The notes under the pieces: model-generated
What the model saw: the letters and a program-made list of their open reading frames with translations, nothing else
Told to the model about the DNA's origin: nothing
Databases searched by the model: none
Part shown: piece by piece, positions 28,331 through 32,000 of the stretch
Layout of the letters: each line of letters begins with the position of its first letter
Position numbering within the stretch: the first letter of the stretch is position 1
Assembly: GCA_049606355.1 (NCBI GenBank)
Contig: JBMYVL010000004.1
Coordinates: forward strand, 30,001 to 62,000
Length of the DNA: 32,000 nt
Direction: 5' to 3'
DNA from: Opitutales bacterium
Lineage (GTDB): Bacteria > Verrucomicrobiota > Verrucomicrobiia > Opitutales > Coraliomargaritaceae
Translations under genes and position numbers: made by a program

Positions 28331-29833
28331 TTAGCGCAGGCGTGCGAGTGCAGCGTCGGCTTCCGCTCGGAGTGGGTGATTGGGAGCTATCTCAAGAAAC
28401 CGGCGGTAGAGGGATTGTGCGGCTCTCGAATTGTTGCCGATACGCTCGTGGGCCCGGGCCAGCGATAGGGCGACTTCCGGGTTGCTTGGAAAGCGGTCGT
28501 AGGCGGTTTCCAATTCGGCAAGAAATTGAGTGGCTGGTTTGCTGCGCTGAGCGATGCGTAAATAATCCAGCGTAAACTTGATTTCACTCGGTGCGAAGCG
28601 GATCGCTTCCAGTGCGGCGGTTTCTGCATTTTGTAGCTGATTGATGGCGAAGTAGGCCTGCGACAGCTGATTCCAAGTCGCAGGATCATTGTTGGCTGTT
28701 GCGAGCGCTTGCCAATAAAGGCCAATGGCACTGTCATAATCGCCCTCGAGTTGGGCGCGATCTGCCTCTTCGAGCAGCTCTGCAACGCTTGGTTCCATTG
28801 GGCTGTCGGCTACAGCCTCATCCTCAAGGGCTGGACTCGCCTGCTCGATATCCTCTGCTACAGCCTCGATCGCCGGTTGGTCAGCCATGGCTTCAATCGC
28901 TTCTAGGTCTGCGAGCACCCTGGTTTTTCCTGTCGTCGGGGGCGTGTCAGCTGTTGTTGCCGGCATGTTGCCTGTTTCGGGTTCAAGAGATGACTGACTT
29001 GCCGTCACTGCCTCCGCAGCTTCCTTGACGGTTGCTTTGGCGAGTTCGGCTTGCGCAGTGGCGAGTTCTTCCCTCCAGCGCAACAGTTCGGTGCGTGCTT
29101 GAGCCCATTCGCTGGCATCAACCGCACCTGGAAACCGCAGATCGAGTTGCGCGATGATGGCTTCAGCCTGTTGCCAGTCTTGCAGCCCTAATTTAATTTC
29201 CAGCAAACCGAAAAGCGCATTGAGTGCGTTGAGGTTCTCGCTGTCAGCCGCCCGGTTGAACCACTGTTCCGCCTGCGTTTGGTTATCCAACTGAAGAAAG
29301 AGCTGACCGATCGCAGTTGCGGTGCCGGGGTCGGTTTGGTTCACCTCTTGTGGAACACATTTTAGAAAGGCCTCGAGTGCAGCTTCTGTTTGCTGACGCT
29401 GCATGCGGTACTGGCCTAATTGCGCCCAGAGTTCAGCAGTCATCTTGTCCGGAATGTTGACCGCGAGCGTTTCTAGTAGTTCAACTGCAGGTTCGCCCGC
29501 CGCGCGCTGTGCCAAGTAGGTTTGATAGAGCAAGTCGAGGTCAGTCGGGTCTTGTTGGTACGCCTGCTCGAGGAATAGGGCAGCCATCGTTGCGTCGTCC
29601 TTTGCGGTATAAATGGCGGCGATTCGTCGCAGGATCTCGACATCGTTCGGCGCCTCCGTCCGCAGCGCTTCCAATCTTTGCAGTGCAGCATCATGTTCAC
29701 CGCTGGCCTGCAGTTCCGCGGCGCGTAAAAGCTCGTTTTGTCGGACTGTTTGAGGGTCCTTACAAGCCGTGAGCCAAACCAGGCTTAGCAAGAGCAGTGC
29801 GTTCAGTTGACTGGGTCGGATAGCTTTGAGCAT
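28331..29833 (-). CDS. TPR-repeat lipoprotein
   Basis: From ATG 29833 the N-terminus is MLKAIRPSQLNALLLLSLVWLTAC, with a lipobox. Multiple TPR-like units are present (e.g. AALFLEQAYQQDP, DSAIGLYWQALATANNDP, AAQSLYRRFLEIAPNHP), with an acidic Ala/Glu-rich central linker. Confidence 0.8.
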   Translation of the reverse strand: MLKAIRPSQLNALLLLSLVWLTACKDPQTVRQNELLRAAELQASGEHDAALQRLEALRTEAPNDVEILRRIAAIYTAKDDATMAALFLEQAYQQDPTDLDLLYQTYLAQRAAGEPAVELLETLAVNIPDKMTAELWAQLGQYRMQRQQTEAALEAFLKCVPQEVNQTDPGTATAIGQLFLQLDNQTQAEQWFNRAADSENLNALNALFGLLEIKLGLQDWQQAEAIIAQLDLRFPGAVDASEWAQARTELLRWREELATAQAELAKATVKEAAEAVTASQSSLEPETGNMPATTADTPPTTGKTRVLADLEAIEAMADQPAIEAVAEDIEQASPALEDEAVADSPMEPSVAELLEEADRAQLEGDYDSAIGLYWQALATANNDPATWNQLSQAYFAINQLQNAETAALEAIRFAPSEIKFTLDYLRIAQRSKPATQFLAELETAYDRFPSNPEVALSLARAHERIGNNSRAAQSLYRRFLEIAPNHPLRAEADAALARLR

Positions 29834-29906
29834 AAACAGATATTGGATGCAGAACTTGGGTTCTTTGCAGTTTACGAACGCCAAGTATCCTTCACTGTTG
29901 TTTCCC

Positions 29907-31001
29907 ATGTTTCAGTGTCAAGTGGATAGGGGGTTCAAGCAGTGTACCAGTGGTATTCTGCAATTGTTTGGGTACGCGCTCGTGCCCTTTGTGGCGTTCG
30001 CGACGGGAGCCGACATGCCGCGACTGGCACCGCTCGGCCTTGTCTGGGAAACTGAGCTAACGAGCCCTAACCGTTATAGTGCCGAGGTCGAGTCCTTGCT
30101 AGTGGCTTACGAAACAGAGGTCGGAGCACAGCTCCAGCCAGGCCCACGAAACAAAGTCGGTCTCAAAGTCAACACGCGTGGGGGGCGTGGACTTTCGACG
30201 CCGGAAGCGTTATTAAAAAGTTTGATTCAGGCCTTGGAGCGCCGTGGCTTTGCGCCTTCAAACATACTGATTGTCGATTATGCGGCTCATGGATTAAGGC
30301 AGGCCGGGATCTTACCTGCACTCAGTGATATGAGTGCACGCTTTGATGGCTGTCCTGTGCTCCCTCTCGACAGCGGCCTGTATTATGATCCCGATTGGTT
30401 TTATGACAGTCCATTGCCGCCTGTCATTGAGCAAAAATCGCAACTTTTTGAGCCTCCTGCAGGAGGCCCTCAGCTGCAAGAAGGGGTAGAAGAGCGGAAG
30501 AGCTTCCTGCCGACTCCTTTATTATTCGAAGTCGATTTTTGGATTAACTTAGCGGTTGGGGTCGATGATCCAGCACTTGGTGTGGACGGGGCGCTTGCCA
30601 ATGCAACGCTTTGGAATGTGAGTAACAATCAGCGTTTTTTAGTCAACCGGGCGACAGCATCCGCAGCAGTCGCGGAAATTGCGGCGATACCGGAATTACG
30701 AGAACGTATGGTACTCCACTTTCTTTCGATGGAGTACTTTCAATTCATTGCTGGGCCGTATTTCAATTCCATCTATACACGTAATGAGCCCCGCCTACGG
30801 ATGAGTTGTGACCCCGTAGCGTTGGATCGCTTATTACTGGATCGCATCAATGAGCTGCGACTCTGGGAGGGCTTCCCTCAAATACATCCGCTACCGCAAC
30901 AGTTTCCGTTCGCTGCTAGCTTGGGCTTGGGTGTATCTGACCTCGCGGCGATTCGTATCCACGAAGTGGCGACACCTCGGTCGGTCTCTCCAATTGATTA
31001 A
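29907..31001 (+). CDS. DUF362-like domain protein (start uncertain)
   Basis: KVGLKVNTRGGRGLSTPEALLKSLIQALERRGFAPSNILIVDY resembles the DUF362 core (KPN...T.P.vv.avv..l...G...i.v.e). The N-terminus from ATG 29907 has a signal-like hydrophobic stretch. Confidence 0.6.
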   Translation: MFQCQVDRGFKQCTSGILQLFGYALVPFVAFATGADMPRLAPLGLVWETELTSPNRYSAEVESLLVAYETEVGAQLQPGPRNKVGLKVNTRGGRGLSTPEALLKSLIQALERRGFAPSNILIVDYAAHGLRQAGILPALSDMSARFDGCPVLPLDSGLYYDPDWFYDSPLPPVIEQKSQLFEPPAGGPQLQEGVEERKSFLPTPLLFEVDFWINLAVGVDDPALGVDGALANATLWNVSNNQRFLVNRATASAAVAEIAAIPELRERMVLHFLSMEYFQFIAGPYFNSIYTRNEPRLRMSCDPVALDRLLLDRINELRLWEGFPQIHPLPQQFPFAASLGLGVSDLAAIRIHEVATPRSVSPID

Positions 31002-31060
31002 AGCGTTAATGTGGCGAATACGCTTGAAATTCAGTGTAAAGCATTTCTTCTACTGTTCGT

Positions 31061-31435
31061 ATGGAGATCGCGGATTACTATCCAATTCTAATTCAACTTT
31101 GCCTCGCCATGGGGGTGGGTATCGTTGTTCTGCTCGTGTCACATATTTTTGGGCAGCGCGGCACTCACTCTGCGATTAAAGACTCTCCATATGAGTGTGG
31201 GATGCTCTCACAGGGCTCGAGCCACGCGCGTTTTGCGGTTAAGTTTTATGTAACGGCAATGCTCTTCATCCTTTTTGATATCGAGGTCGTTTTCCTGTTT
31301 CCATGGGTTTTGGTCTTTCGGGAATTCTTAGCTGCGCAACTGCCGATATTGCTACCAATTTTCTTTTTCCTTTTCGTGCTGGTTCTTGGGCTTATTTATG
31401 AGTTGAGAAAAGGCGCGATTGAATGGGAGAAGTAG
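31061..31435 (+). CDS. nuoA: NADH-quinone oxidoreductase subunit A
   Basis: The NuoA/ND3 signatures PYECG and FILFDIEVVFLFPW are present. Length is 124 aa with three TM helices. Confidence 0.92.
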   Translation: MEIADYYPILIQLCLAMGVGIVVLLVSHIFGQRGTHSAIKDSPYECGMLSQGSSHARFAVKFYVTAMLFILFDIEVVFLFPWVLVFREFLAAQLPILLPIFFFLFVLVLGLIYELRKGAIEWEK

Positions 31436-31564
31436 TGCGCTAGTTGTTGAGTTTAATTCGTTCGAAGTTGGCTATTGAAAGAGCCTTGGCTTTGGCGAAT
31501 GCTGTCGATTAGCGCGCCGGCTTTTCCGACTACTGCTTGACCTAACGCCACTTTAATACTCCCC

Positions 31565-32000
31565 ATGCGCATCGACCGTTACATCGCTAAAAACCGTGTG
31601 ATTGATATCCAAAGCACGGATTTTAAGGGCGCCTTGTCGGAGTTGCTGGCTGTCTGCGATTTAAGTAAGGAAAAGGGGCTCACTAAGAAGCGCCTACTGG
31701 AAGAGTTGCTGGATCGTGAAAAGCAAATGACGACCTACCTCGGTAATGGAGTCTGCCTCCCGCATGCGCGGGTGCCAATGAAGCGCAACTACATGATCGC
31801 AGTCGGTCGATGTCCGGATGGTTTAAAGTACGATGGGCAGAAGGAGTATGGTGAGATCCGTTACGTTTTTCTACTGCTCGCTGCAAATAATGCGCGCAGT
31901 TACCTCTACAGCTTAGCGTCGCTTGCACGCGTCTTTCAGGATGTTTCTCACATGGAGCGCTTACAGTCGGCTGCCTCGCTTCCCGATTTTCGCCGTACCC
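31565..32000 (+). CDS. PTS EIIA type-2 domain protein (PtsN / EIIA-Ntr-like); the 3' end lies outside the window. Not in the supplied ORF track.
   Basis: My own translation from ATG 31565 is open to the window end: MRIDRYIAKNRVIDIQSTDFKGALSELLAV...EKQMTTYLGNGVCLPHARV...IRYVFLLLAANNARSYLYSLASLARVF. The GNG-x-x-x-PH active-site His motif and overall layout match the EIIA(Ntr)/fructose-mannitol family. Confidence 0.8.
   Translation, partial: MRIDRYIAKNRVIDIQSTDFKGALSELLAVCDLSKEKGLTKKRLLEELLDREKQMTTYLGNGVCLPHARVPMKRNYMIAVGRCPDGLKYDGQKEYGEIRYVFLLLAANNARSYLYSLASLARVFQDVSHMERLQSAASLPDFRRT

Overview
This is a densely coding, mid-GC chromosomal backbone segment with about 37 protein-coding genes on both strands. 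By eye I found no rRNA, tRNA, CRISPR array, transposase, integrase or phage gene. Gene content is mostly housekeeping. In order: a peptide-type ABC importer (fused OppB/OppC-like permease plus two separate ATPases), hemW, a photolyase-family protein, rpoN, erpA-fumA, rpmI-rplT, clpP, rpiB, rpmG and mrp/apbC. These are followed by a TolB-like propeller, a PhoD-like phosphatase, acylphosphatase, an ABC-2 transporter, an IMPase-family gene and tatA. The window ends with the dnaG-rpoD pair, a DUF362-like gene, nuoA and the 5' part of a PtsN-like EIIA gene that is missing from the ORF track because it runs off the window. A chlamydia-like ClpP1-type ClpP, many lipobox/TPR proteins and a Lys/Ala-tailed RpoD suggest a PVC-superphylum (Verrucomicrobiota-like) organism; this is inference only. 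I do not see a self-contained accessory system such as a defence island, toxin-antitoxin pair, secretion system or biosynthetic cluster, and I will not invent one. The unusual signals are at the level of protein architecture. (1) A photolyase-family protein appears to have swapped domain order. (2) RpoD carries a ~133-aa histone-H1-like Lys/Ala tail encoded partly by perfect 18-bp tandem repeats. (3) DnaG has lost three of its four zinc-finger ligands. (4) Mrp/ApbC lacks its CXXC motif. (5) The peptide ABC importer has fused permeases and split ATPase genes separated by an antisense DUF4250 gene. (6) An uncharacterised two-gene operon (acidic Trp-rich protein plus degenerate ECF-sigma-like protein with a C-terminal extension) sits upstream of the PhoD-like phosphatase. 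All homology statements come from motif recognition by eye and need HMM or BLAST confirmation.
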